64,000 nucleotides of DNA from a bacterium. Its GTDB lineage: Bacteria > Bacillota > Clostridia > Christensenellales > UBA3700. A program made the translations under genes and the position numbers. Shown piece by piece: positions 9,520 through 19,095 of this stretch (positions are counted from its first letter, which is position 1; the number at the start of each line of letters is the position of its first letter). A model generated the notes under the pieces. It was not told where the DNA came from. It did not search any database and saw nothing but the letters and a program-made list of their open reading frames with translations. The stretch spans positions 40,248 through 104,247 of the forward strand of contig CAVAVP010000021.1 of assembly GCA_963592135.1 (NCBI GenBank), given 5' to 3'.

Positions 9520-9762
9520 TTATTTTAAAACCTCCCAATAACAAGTTTTCCTTGAGCCAACTTTTCTTATATTTCCAGATTTAAAAAGATTATCCAAATG
9601 TCTATAAATTGTAGGTTCAGATTTTATAGTTTGATTAGATAACTCTGGAATAGTAATATATTTATTTTCGATAATTAATTTTATAAGTTGTTCATCTAAG
9701 TTATTTATCTTATCATTTATCTTATTATTACGAGTTAAATATGATAAGACAAATAATGATTT
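9520..9762 (-). pseudogene. Orphan C-terminal winged-helix fragment of a COG2865-type (AlbA_2/HATPase_c_4 + HTH) putative regulator
   Basis: An 80-codon open frame with no ATG/GTG/TTG start. It ends ...ITIPELSNQTIKSEPTIYRHLDNLFKSGNIRKVGSRKTCYWEVLK*, the typical C-terminus of that family. It was absent from the ORF track. Confidence 0.35.
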
Positions 9763-9853
9763 TCAACTAAAATATAATGAATTGTTAAAAAAAATTGTTA
9801 AAAGACATAAATAAATCAATTATTTTTTGTACTTTTAATTGAATATTAAAATT

Positions 9854-11440
9854 TTACCATAAAGATAGAACCATAAGAGCAGCATTAATACCATCAACAG
9901 CCGCAGACATTATTCCGCCCGCATACCCTGCACCTTCTCCACATGGCATTAGACCTTTTATGGAACTTGAATAATTTCTATCTCTCATAATTCTAACAGG
10001 GCTTGAAGATCTTGTCTCGACACCTGTAAATAAGGCATCTGGGTTTGCAAATCCTTTTATTTTACTATCAAAAATTGGCATAGCTTTTAATAAAGATTCT
10101 ATTACATAATTTGGAAAACATTCACGCAAGTCTGCCTCCACAACACCTAGTGGATATGTAGGTTTTATTGTATTAAAACTTGTAGATATTTTTTTATTTT
10201 TTAAATCCTCATATCTTTGACATGGCGCCTTGTAATTTCCTCCTATTTTATATGCAAGTTTTTCATATTTTCTTTGAAACTCAACACCTGCTAAAACATT
10301 ATCACTTTTAAAATCTGATGGGTTTATACCAACTAAAAGCGCTGAATTTGCATTGATGCCATCTCGTTTAGATAAACTCATACCATTTGTAACTACCATT
10401 TCCTCCTCAGAGGCTGCAGCTACAACATATCCACCTGGGCACATACAAAAGCTATAGCAACTTCTGTTATTATCTAAATGACACGCAAGCTTGTATGGTG
10501 CGGGTTTTAAAAATGTATATTTATCTCCATATTGAGCAAGTGATATATCCTTTTGTAAATGTTCTACTCTAACACCTATTGAAAAAGCTTTTTGTTCCAT
10601 TAAAACTTTGCTAGATAGCATTTCAAACGTATCTCTTGCACTATGGCCTATTGCAAGTATACATAAATTAGTTTTTATTTCCTCTTTGTTTCCTTGTCTT
10701 TCAACTACGATAGATTCTAAGCTTCCAGCGTTTTGCTTTATATCTATTAACTTTGTATTAAAGAAGTACTCTCCTCCTAATTTTTCTATATCTTCCCTTA
10801 TGTTTTTAACAACATTTACTAAAACATCAGTACCAATATGAGGCTTTGCTTCATATAAGATGTTTGACTGGGCTCCATGAAGAACAAATTCTTTTAAAAC
10901 TGTATTTATAAGATAAGAAGATGTACCTGTATTTAATTTTCCATCAGAAAAAGTGCCGGCTCCACCCTCTCCGAATTGAATATTACACTCTTTATCTAAA
11001 ATTCCTTTTTCATTAAATACATTTACGCTTTGTTTCCTTTCATTAACACATTTTCCTCTTTCTATAACAATAGGTCTTAATCCAGCCTTAGCAAGAGTTA
11101 ATGCAGCAAACATACCACAAGGTCCAGAGCCAACAACAATAGGTCTTAATTTAACATTTTTTCTATTATAGGATTTTAACAAAAAATCTAGCGTAAAGTC
11201 TTGCTCTATATATTTAGAATATTTTAAATTTTTACTTAATTTTTTCTCATCATCAGATATTTCAACAGCAAGAGAATAAACATAATTTATTTCTTTTTTT
11301 CTTGAATCAATTGATTCTTTTAAAATTTTATAACTTTTAATTGAACTTGGCTTTATACGAAGTGTATTAGATAGAATTTTTTCAACATCTAATTTAGAGT
11401 GAATTATAGGCAACTTTATATCATTTACTTTGATTTGCAT
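9854..11440 (-). CDS. FAD-dependent oxidoreductase (COG2509-type uncharacterised dehydrogenase)
   Basis: Dinucleotide fold VVGSGPCGMFAAL, C-terminal GEGAGYAGGIMSAAVDG, length 528 aa. Confidence 0.8.
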   Translation of the reverse strand: MQIKVNDIKLPIIHSKLDVEKILSNTLRIKPSSIKSYKILKESIDSRKKEINYVYSLAVEISDDEKKLSKNLKYSKYIEQDFTLDFLLKSYNRKNVKLRPIVVGSGPCGMFAALTLAKAGLRPIVIERGKCVNERKQSVNVFNEKGILDKECNIQFGEGGAGTFSDGKLNTGTSSYLINTVLKEFVLHGAQSNILYEAKPHIGTDVLVNVVKNIREDIEKLGGEYFFNTKLIDIKQNAGSLESIVVERQGNKEEIKTNLCILAIGHSARDTFEMLSSKVLMEQKAFSIGVRVEHLQKDISLAQYGDKYTFLKPAPYKLACHLDNNRSCYSFCMCPGGYVVAAASEEEMVVTNGMSLSKRDGINANSALLVGINPSDFKSDNVLAGVEFQRKYEKLAYKIGGNYKAPCQRYEDLKNKKISTSFNTIKPTYPLGVVEADLRECFPNYVIESLLKAMPIFDSKIKGFANPDALFTGVETRSSSPVRIMRDRNYSSSIKGLMPCGEGAGYAGGIMSAAVDGINAALMVLSLW

Positions 11441-12564
11441 ATACTATCTACAACACATAAGGAAGATGCAAGAGCAAAGGATAAGTTATATCCTCCACAC
11501 TGTCCATCCACATCTAAAACCTCACCACATGCATAAACATTATTTAAAGTTTTTGACATATAGGTCTTATCATCAAAAAAGTTAACATCAAATCCACCTG
11601 ACATAACTTGCGCATTTTCTAGATTTGTAAGTCCATCAATTTTACACTTATAATTTTTCAGTTCAAATGCTATATCCTTTCCTTTAACATTTTGCGCTAT
11701 GGCTTTGTGAACAACGCCAATTAAAGGATTTGTAAGTTTAGAATTACTTAAATATTTTCTTAGATTATCTAGATTCATAGAAGGAACAAAATCAAGAAGA
11801 ACAAAAGCATTAACTTCATCTTTATTATTTTTTACCATCCATCTAGACAAATATATAGAAGCTTTAAAAGCTAAAATCCCCGAGATTGCTCCCTCTTTAA
11901 ATAAAATTTCGCCATCTTCACTAAATACCATTTTATTTTCTATATATAAAGACAATTTAACTTTAGCTCTTACCCCATTAGCGCCAATTATAGCCTTTGT
12001 TTTAAGAGGAACAAGTGCTTGCTTAAGTTTGGTTGTTTTTTGTCCTAAATCACCCAATAAGCCATGAGAGTTAATTCCAAACGATGCATTTGAGCCCGTA
12101 GCAAGCACTATTTTATTTGTTTCAATTTGTCTATTTGTTGTTTTTATAATATATCCATCGTTTTCTTTTTTTATAGATTTAACTTCTTCATTTAAAAGAA
12201 CATCTACTTTATATAAAGATAATTGATCCAAAAGAGCATTTAATATAGTGTTTGAACTTTCTGTATAAGGATATACTCTTCCCTCTTCATCTTCTTTAAG
12301 CATAACACCTAAATTTGAATAATAATTATACAAAACATCAAAGTTGTATTTTCCAATGGAATATTTCACAAAGTCCGTATTATAAAATGCAGCATTTAAG
12401 TCTCTATTTAAAATATTGCACTTTCCGTTTCCTGATGCTAATATCTTTTTTCCAAGCCTATCCTTTGCTTCAACTAAACAAACATCTACTCCGCTTTTCT
12501 TAAGTTCAAGAGAAGTTACTATTCCACCTAATCCGCCGCCTATTACCACAACTTGTTTTTCCAT
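11425..12564 (-). CDS. HI0933/BaiN-like flavoprotein (COG2081)
   Basis: VVVIGGGLGGIV, GNGKCNILN and the C-terminal GEVLDVDGQCGGYNL motif. It overlaps the downstream gene by 16 nt. Confidence 0.8.
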   Translation of the reverse strand: MEKQVVVIGGGLGGIVTSLELKKSGVDVCLVEAKDRLGKKILASGNGKCNILNRDLNAAFYNTDFVKYSIGKYNFDVLYNYYSNLGVMLKEDEEGRVYPYTESSNTILNALLDQLSLYKVDVLLNEEVKSIKKENDGYIIKTTNRQIETNKIVLATGSNASFGINSHGLLGDLGQKTTKLKQALVPLKTKAIIGANGVRAKVKLSLYIENKMVFSEDGEILFKEGAISGILAFKASIYLSRWMVKNNKDEVNAFVLLDFVPSMNLDNLRKYLSNSKLTNPLIGVVHKAIAQNVKGKDIAFELKNYKCKIDGLTNLENAQVMSGGFDVNFFDDKTYMSKTLNNVYACGEVLDVDGQCGGYNLSFALASSLCVVDSICKSK

Positions 12565-12700
12565 CTATAAAAGTATATCACAAATATCTAAACTTATTTA
12601 ATTTATATATCTCAATTTTGTAAAACTTGTAATAAACTACTAAATCATCCTATAGTTGCTAAATTTTTTGATTTTTGCAATTTTCTTTATTTTTATCCAC

Positions 12701-12745
12701 AAAAAAAATGGTATAGATTTTACCACCTATACCATTTATTTTTAT
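12701..12745 (-). terminator. Rho-independent terminator ending the giant-protein operon (bidirectional geometry)
   Basis: GGTATAG (12710-12716) pairs with CTATACC (12727-12733), with an A8 run on the plus side (a T-run on the minus strand). Confidence 0.7.
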
Positions 12746-12759
12746 AAAGTTTTTTCTAT

Positions 12760-13302
12760 TTATTTTGTTATTTTAATTTCTATATTATACACATAACCAT
12801 CTATTGTATGGGTATACTTTAATACAACACTTGTAACGTCCTTCGAACTATCCATCACCATAGAAATTGTAGCATTTGAAACTTCTCCACTAGAAACACT
12901 TAAATATTCTTTAGGGAAAGCAATTACAGCATTATATGTATTTGTTGATGTTACAATATCCTCTACAATTTTTGGATCACTAAAGTCTGATTCTGTATAT
13001 GTCAAACCACTTATCGTCCCTGAAAAAGTTGATGTTCCAAGTCCTAAATCATATGGATCGGTTTCTTTTCCGTTTGCATCTCTTGTATAAATAGTTTCTC
13101 CATCTTGAGATTTAACAGTAATTGCTACTTTACAATCTGAAAGATTTGCTGCTGCTGTAAAGAAGTCTGTTGCAGCAATACCTGAACCATTATTTGTTGT
13201 AGTACTATTTGGCTCAACAACATTATTATGACATGCAGAAAGAGCAACAATTAAAGAGATAACCAACACTAATATAACTAATAATAAATTTTTCTTTTTC
13301 AT
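12760..13302 (-). CDS. Small beta-rich lipoprotein, last gene of the giant-protein operon
   Basis: Signal peptide with lipobox LSAC. AGGAGG RBS sits in the 16-nt gap after the preceding gene's stop. I recognised no family. Confidence 0.7.
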   Translation of the reverse strand: MKKKNLLLVILVLVISLIVALSACHNNVVEPNSTTTNNGSGIAATDFFTAAANLSDCKVAITVKSQDGETIYTRDANGKETDPYDLGLGTSTFSGTISGLTYTESDFSDPKIVEDIVTSTNTYNAVIAFPKEYLSVSSGEVSNATISMVMDSSKDVTSVVLKYTHTIDGYVYNIEIKITK

Positions 13303-13318
13303 ATTTAATTACCTCCTA

Positions 13319-16300
13319 TTATTTAACCTTTTTATCTTTTTTCTTTTTTAATCCAACCATTAAGCCCGCTACTGCTAAACTTATTGCTGATGTAGAAGCT
13401 ACTTTAACCTTTAAAGATGTTTGTGCCGTTAAAGAAGCAACATCTCTTGCAGTTGTTACAGCGCTCTTTGCTGAATTTGTAAGTTTCTTATAATTATTCT
13501 TAACAGTTTCTAATTTAGAAGAATCTATTAATGATTTATCTTCACTACTTACATTTTCAATATTTGCAATGATAGTCTTGTATGTAGCTATGTCTTTAAA
13601 TCCAAAGCTGTTTGCAAGTCTGTTTAACTCTGAATTTACATTTGTTGGATCAAATGTTGTTGTAATAGCAATTGACATGACTTCAGACTCTAAATAGTTC
13701 TCTGATTCTAATACTTTTACATAAACTGTATAAGATTTCATTGCAGTCAAGTCTGAAATAGTATTACCCTCAGTTAAGTTTTCACCATCTAATCCAATAT
13801 TTAATGTATAACCTGCAAAATCTCCCTTAATAACAACTTTGTTATAGTGCAACTCTAAATCCGTTGCGTCTAATTTTGTTGTATCAAAAGCAGCCTTATT
13901 TACAGTAAATTGTAATGTGACATTGCTTTCAAACACTGCACTTCCTTCTGTTGCTGTTATATATACATAATAAGTTCCTGCGTTAACAACTTCTGTTAAT
14001 GAAATTGTTTCACCATATACAAACTCACTTGTACTATATACTGCCATTGACCATTCTGTTGTTGCAGCATTAGTATCTGGTTTAATTATGTCTATTAAAT
14101 TTTCTCCAGTATACGTTGTACTATTTGTTGCTAATGTCATATATTGAAGATCCTTAATAGTAATTTCTAGATTACCATTTTGCTCTACAGTTAAATTATA
14201 GTTGGCTGCATCTTCTCCTTCAAGTGTCATAACTACAACATTTGAATATGAACCAACTACAGCTGAACTATCTAATGATGGTGCTGTGTAAACATAAGTT
14301 AAATTAGCATCTGTTGCAAATTCTAATGAACCTGTTGAATAACTAAATCCTAAACCCGAGTTTGGAACAATTTGCGTATCACCAAATCCCATTGTCATAT
14401 TTTCAACAATTATAGATACATTTCTTTGTGTAATGACAAATGTTAAATCAGCATCTACATTTGCTGCGTATATGTAATTTTCATTATCTACGCCAGTTAC
14501 TCTTGCTGTATAAGTTCCAACATTAATTGGCAATAAATCATTTGTTTCATTATATAAAATTACAGCATTAACTTCATCACTATTTACAATTCCTTCAAAT
14601 ACTACTATGGCTTTCTTTTCTCTACCGCTATAAACCAAGTTTTCTGCAGCAACTATAGAAGATAAAGTTAAAGCCTTTGCTGTAACAATTACATTTCCTT
14701 CAATAGAAATTACATAATTATCTTTACTTGTTCCCGCACTCTCTGCCGTAACAGAATATGTTCCAACACTTGCTGTTGTAGCAGAAGCCTCTGTAGATAT
14801 CGTTGGATAAACATCATCTTCACCATAAATTGTATAACCGGCTTTAATAGTATAAGTTATTGTTGATGTATCTAATTCAGTTCCGTAGATTTTCTCATAA
14901 TCTGAAACAACAAATACAAGCTCTCTTGTTGAAACTACAAACTTGTTAGTTCCGTTTTCAACAGCAATTGTATAATTATCCTTGTTAGCACCGGTTGTTA
15001 AACCTACTATATCATATAATCCTGCATTAGCACTTGCTGCAATACCATCGGATGTTAATGCAATTTCCGCATCGTCTTTAGCAATAATCTCTCCTGACAC
15101 TACGCTAAAGTTTAATTTACCAACATATTCTTCTCCATAAACTTTTTGAGGTTCATTTGTAACATTTATAGTTATAACCATTGGCTTTACTTCAAATGCA
15201 ACATATGGATATCCATCGTTAGTCTTTGTTAAAGATGCATCGTTTGCATAGATAATTTCATAGTTATCTTTATTAATGTTGTTATTTACTACTGCTAAAT
15301 ATTCGCCTCTTTCAATAATAGAATCAACTTGCTCATATTTATCTTCACCAACCATCTTATAGCTTTCGCCTTCATAGTTATTATTTTTTACATAATATGT
15401 ATATGAAACACCATAATGTCTATTCGTAATATCTGTCTTTGTTAATCCAGATACTGAAGCAAAATCTACTAGATTTCCTATAACATTTTTACCAGTATAT
15501 GTTGTTGAAGTATCTAAACCTTCTGAATTAACAGTAATTGTTGCTGTCAACTTCTCAACATTATATACCATGTAATAAGATACTTCCGCATAGTTGGAAT
15601 ATGCTATTTGATTAAATGTAATTAATACTACATATAATCCCGTCTTTGAGGTAATAGCTGACGATGTAGCTTCACTTGAAACAGTATATACATCACCTTC
15701 TTTTGTTGCTGGATAATAAGCAAATGTACAATATATTTGTTCAAACGTTCCATCTTCTTCAGTTACACCTTTTAATACACAAGCAAGTGAATTATAACCA
15801 TTATAAATTTCACTTTCATAATATCCTTGTTGAGTTTCACCCTTAAAATCTATTGAAACACTTGGATACAACGATGTTAAATTATAATAAGGTTCATACT
15901 TAGTTCCACGTTCACTTTCAGTAAATGAACCTGATGCATATTCTCTTACTAGTATTGTACCTGCTTTATGTATAGTAACAATTCTTGTAATTTTAGTAAC
16001 AACTCCATCTGTTTCTGTCGTATTTACTACTTCACTGATATTTTCTCCTTCTTCGCTTGTATAGTTAGAAGATTCTACACTTGGAAGTAAGTAGTTTTTA
16101 GAAGAGGAACCTGAAGCTAGTGAAATATAAACATAATAATTACCTACAGATTCATAATCGTTACTTGAATCATAAGTAACACTTACAGCTGTTGGCTCAA
16201 ATACATCATATACAACAATATTAGCATTAATCATTGTTGTACTGTCATTAAACTTTGAATGAACAGTAGCTGATGAATCGCTTGTTGTAGCAACTATCCA

Positions 16301-19081
16301 TGTAGCTTGTTGCTCTTGCTTATTATATTGATATTCATCCATGTTTCTAAATAGAACGGATATTGTTCTTGGAGAAACTTCAATAGTCCACTCTGTTTGA
16401 ATAGCATCACTAATCTTATAGTTTTTATTAGACAATGTTTTTTCAACTACTATTTTATATGTTCCAGCATTCCAAATATTAGATGTTAAAACTTCATTTT
16501 TCTTATAATATTCATTAAGTGTTGGGAACGCTGCATCTGTTGTGTAACCAATAGATGAATATGTTCCATCTTCATTCTTTTGATAATACTCTACATTATT
16601 TAAAAGTCTATTTGCCGCAACCTTTGAATATGTTATTGTATAATAATTATTAACTATATAACCTACATCACCACCAATCAAACCAGATTTATATGTATAA
16701 GCAAAGTTTATATTTTTTCCACAATAAACAAAATCTTGAGGAGTTGTATAACTTTCACCATCTACATTATTTGTTAAAGTAGTCCAATCAGCCGTTACTT
16801 CTTTTTGATTAACTGTATATGTATATAAAGGTTGCCATTTTGTAGCTGTTCCTTTGTATTCTTCCTTATAGTAAGGATTATCTAATCTATATGCAACTAA
16901 ATGTAAATCTTCACTTAAGAAGTCAAATTTTGAATTTGCATCACCATTATATATTGCAAGTTCATAGTCTCCTGCTTCCTTTATATGATCACCGCCATAT
17001 GCAGCAAAGTTTCCAGCATCATATACTGTCCAAATAGAAGTATCTGTAAGCAACGTATTAGAGCCGTTTTTACTTATTTCGCTCTTATTTCCAGTATAAT
17101 TCAAACTAACCTTTGATGAACCATTATATGTTTTTAATATAACTGATGGCGGAGTAATACCACTTGTTGCATCATAAGTTTTAGAACCAAAATCAAATGT
17201 CGAAGTAGTTCCAAAACCGCTTTCATTAAATTCATAATATGTAGCTCTACCAAATGTTACTTTTGCTGTTAAACTTAAATCTGTCGCAGAACCCCTTGAA
17301 ATAGCAGTTTCTGGTGCATAAATCTTAAAATTATTTATTGCGTATTCTACATTTTTAGCTTCATTGTATAAACTCTTATTTACTTCAGTGAATCCAGTTC
17401 CCGTTATAGACATAGACCAAACAAAATAACCAGAATCTATTGTATAGTTTGAAAGTTTTGTTGAATCTCCAAAAATCAAAATATTTGCTTTTTTTGTACT
17501 ATTAGCCCAAACCAAATTAAATGCTTCTTGAGTAGAATCTCCAACTTTCTCAAAAGAACTTGAAGACTCACTATATATATATCTATCTATAAAGTTTGCA
17601 CCTGCTGCACCTTGCACACCATTTATTAACAATCCTGAATAACTAGCAGATCCATCAGAAAATGGATTACCGTCATTTTTTCCTTGAATTGGAGAAGTCA
17701 AATTAGTTGGCGAGTTTGCGGCGCATTGTGTTTCCAAATCTGACTTGCTTACAGTCATATAAACATTTGAGAAAGAACCCGTTGATGAAACTCCTGCTAA
17801 AATTCCACCATATATATATTGTCCATCAGAGATTCCACTATATTTGCTTTTATACGAAGAACCTATTTCAACGCAAGCGCAACCTGACCACGATGAAATA
17901 ACACCATCAATAGTTCCAGCCGTACATCCACTTGTTTGACTATGAGGAGCATACAAGTCGTTATCCTGCGTACAATTAGTTCCAACAATAATTCCAGAAA
18001 AACCTAATCTATCGTTGCCAGAATCATAACTTGGAGCTTGAACATCTGAAATTATATATCCAGAACCTGCGGCTGAAATATTATACATCTCAGCATTATT
18101 ACACAATGTTCCTGCAAAACCTCCTATAAATGTACGTGGAGATAGTCTTTTAAGGAGCCCACTTTTTACACCTTGAGCTACTCCTCTTATATATGATTTA
18201 CTTTCCATTGTTACTTTTGAATTTGAAAGTACAGTCGTTGTATTATAACCATCCCAAACTCCAGAATATCCACCAATGATTAAGGTGCCAAGTCCATCAT
18301 CATCATGTCCAGTTTTACTACTTTGGTAGCAAAACTCAATATAAGAGTTACTTGCAAAAGTTAGTGAGCAATTATCTATTGCAGCACCATAGGCATAGCC
18401 AAAAACTACTCCTAACGAAACTGGTCTATCTAGTTGGTTTCCCCCACCATTTGAATTAAAATCAGCCTTCCAATTACCTGAAAACTTAAAATTCGTATTT
18501 TTAACTTCACAATTATAGCCATACGAACCAAGAAATCCTGCTGAAAAGAATCCTGTATTACCATTTTGATTTTTACCAAATGGAGTATTATTAGAATCAT
18601 AATGAGGAAAATAACTCATATCCATAAAGAAATTACTTCCTTGTTTAAACACATCTTTTCCTTTTTCAGTATTTGTTGAACAATTATAGGTAATTGTATA
18701 TCCACAACCATCTAAATAAGCATATTTAAAAACAGAAGCTGTAAAGTTTGCACCCGAATATGTAATATCATTAGTAAGGTATCCATATATTTTATTATCT
18801 GCTGTCGTAGAACTATCATTAGCTGTGTTTACGAACGCTGTTAGTTCTTCTGAGCTTGAAATTTTATGAGCACCCGCTATAGATGCATATGGAGAAATAT
18901 ATCCACTTTCTACAACTCCATTAAACCCTGCATTTAAATCTGTCGTATCTGCTGATGCTTCATTGATACTTATAACACCATCTTCTTGATTAAATACAAC
19001 ACATAAAGAGGCAACAAGTGTCATTACAACAACCAAACTAATTAATGTTATTATTAGATATTTTTTATTAATATTTGTCAT
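13319..19081 (-). CDS. Giant (1920 aa) surface protein: signal peptide, GLUG-motif beta-helix head, long Ig/MBG-like repeat stalk, C-terminal TM plus Lys-rich tail
   Basis: Uninterrupted 5.8-kb ORF. GLUG-like strings include IGGFAGT, GGYSGV and IYGGILAGV...NVYM. MBG(YGX)-like modules include KVYGEEY...AGLYDIVGL...NYTIAVENG...V and EKIYGTEL...VGTYSVTAE...NYVISIEGNVIVTAK. It ends AISLAVAGLMVGLKKKKDKKVK and has no LPXTG. Confidence 0.85.
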   Translation of the reverse strand: MTNINKKYLIITLISLVVVMTLVASLCVVFNQEDGVISINEASADTTDLNAGFNGVVESGYISPYASIAGAHKISSSEELTAFVNTANDSSTTADNKIYGYLTNDITYSGANFTASVFKYAYLDGCGYTITYNCSTNTEKGKDVFKQGSNFFMDMSYFPHYDSNNTPFGKNQNGNTGFFSAGFLGSYGYNCEVKNTNFKFSGNWKADFNSNGGGNQLDRPVSLGVVFGYAYGAAIDNCSLTFASNSYIEFCYQSSKTGHDDDGLGTLIIGGYSGVWDGYNTTTVLSNSKVTMESKSYIRGVAQGVKSGLLKRLSPRTFIGGFAGTLCNNAEMYNISAAGSGYIISDVQAPSYDSGNDRLGFSGIIVGTNCTQDNDLYAPHSQTSGCTAGTIDGVISSWSGCACVEIGSSYKSKYSGISDGQYIYGGILAGVSSTGSFSNVYMTVSKSDLETQCAANSPTNLTSPIQGKNDGNPFSDGSASYSGLLINGVQGAAGANFIDRYIYSESSSSFEKVGDSTQEAFNLVWANSTKKANILIFGDSTKLSNYTIDSGYFVWSMSITGTGFTEVNKSLYNEAKNVEYAINNFKIYAPETAISRGSATDLSLTAKVTFGRATYYEFNESGFGTTSTFDFGSKTYDATSGITPPSVILKTYNGSSKVSLNYTGNKSEISKNGSNTLLTDTSIWTVYDAGNFAAYGGDHIKEAGDYELAIYNGDANSKFDFLSEDLHLVAYRLDNPYYKEEYKGTATKWQPLYTYTVNQKEVTADWTTLTNNVDGESYTTPQDFVYCGKNINFAYTYKSGLIGGDVGYIVNNYYTITYSKVAANRLLNNVEYYQKNEDGTYSSIGYTTDAAFPTLNEYYKKNEVLTSNIWNAGTYKIVVEKTLSNKNYKISDAIQTEWTIEVSPRTISVLFRNMDEYQYNKQEQQATWIVATTSDSSATVHSKFNDSTTMINANIVVYDVFEPTAVSVTYDSSNDYESVGNYYVYISLASGSSSKNYLLPSVESSNYTSEEGENISEVVNTTETDGVVTKITRIVTIHKAGTILVREYASGSFTESERGTKYEPYYNLTSLYPSVSIDFKGETQQGYYESEIYNGYNSLACVLKGVTEEDGTFEQIYCTFAYYPATKEGDVYTVSSEATSSAITSKTGLYVVLITFNQIAYSNYAEVSYYMVYNVEKLTATITVNSEGLDTSTTYTGKNVIGNLVDFASVSGLTKTDITNRHYGVSYTYYVKNNNYEGESYKMVGEDKYEQVDSIIERGEYLAVVNNNINKDNYEIIYANDASLTKTNDGYPYVAFEVKPMVITINVTNEPQKVYGEEYVGKLNFSVVSGEIIAKDDAEIALTSDGIAASANAGLYDIVGLTTGANKDNYTIAVENGTNKFVVSTRELVFVVSDYEKIYGTELDTSTITYTIKAGYTIYGEDDVYPTISTEASATTASVGTYSVTAESAGTSKDNYVISIEGNVIVTAKALTLSSIVAAENLVYSGREKKAIVVFEGIVNSDEVNAVILYNETNDLLPINVGTYTARVTGVDNENYIYAANVDADLTFVITQRNVSIIVENMTMGFGDTQIVPNSGLGFSYSTGSLEFATDANLTYVYTAPSLDSSAVVGSYSNVVVMTLEGEDAANYNLTVEQNGNLEITIKDLQYMTLATNSTTYTGENLIDIIKPDTNAATTEWSMAVYSTSEFVYGETISLTEVVNAGTYYVYITATEGSAVFESNVTLQFTVNKAAFDTTKLDATDLELHYNKVVIKGDFAGYTLNIGLDGENLTEGNTISDLTAMKSYTVYVKVLESENYLESEVMSIAITTTFDPTNVNSELNRLANSFGFKDIATYKTIIANIENVSSEDKSLIDSSKLETVKNNYKKLTNSAKSAVTTARDVASLTAQTSLKVKVASTSAISLAVAGLMVGLKKKKDKKVK

Positions 19082-19095
19082 TTTTATTACCTCCT

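Noticed and set aside
12315-12601. Two small plus-strand ORFs (61-62 aa) over the 5' end of the COG2081 flavoprotein gene
   Set aside because: They are antisense to the Rossmann-fold N-terminus (VVVIGGGLGG), and there is no independent support.
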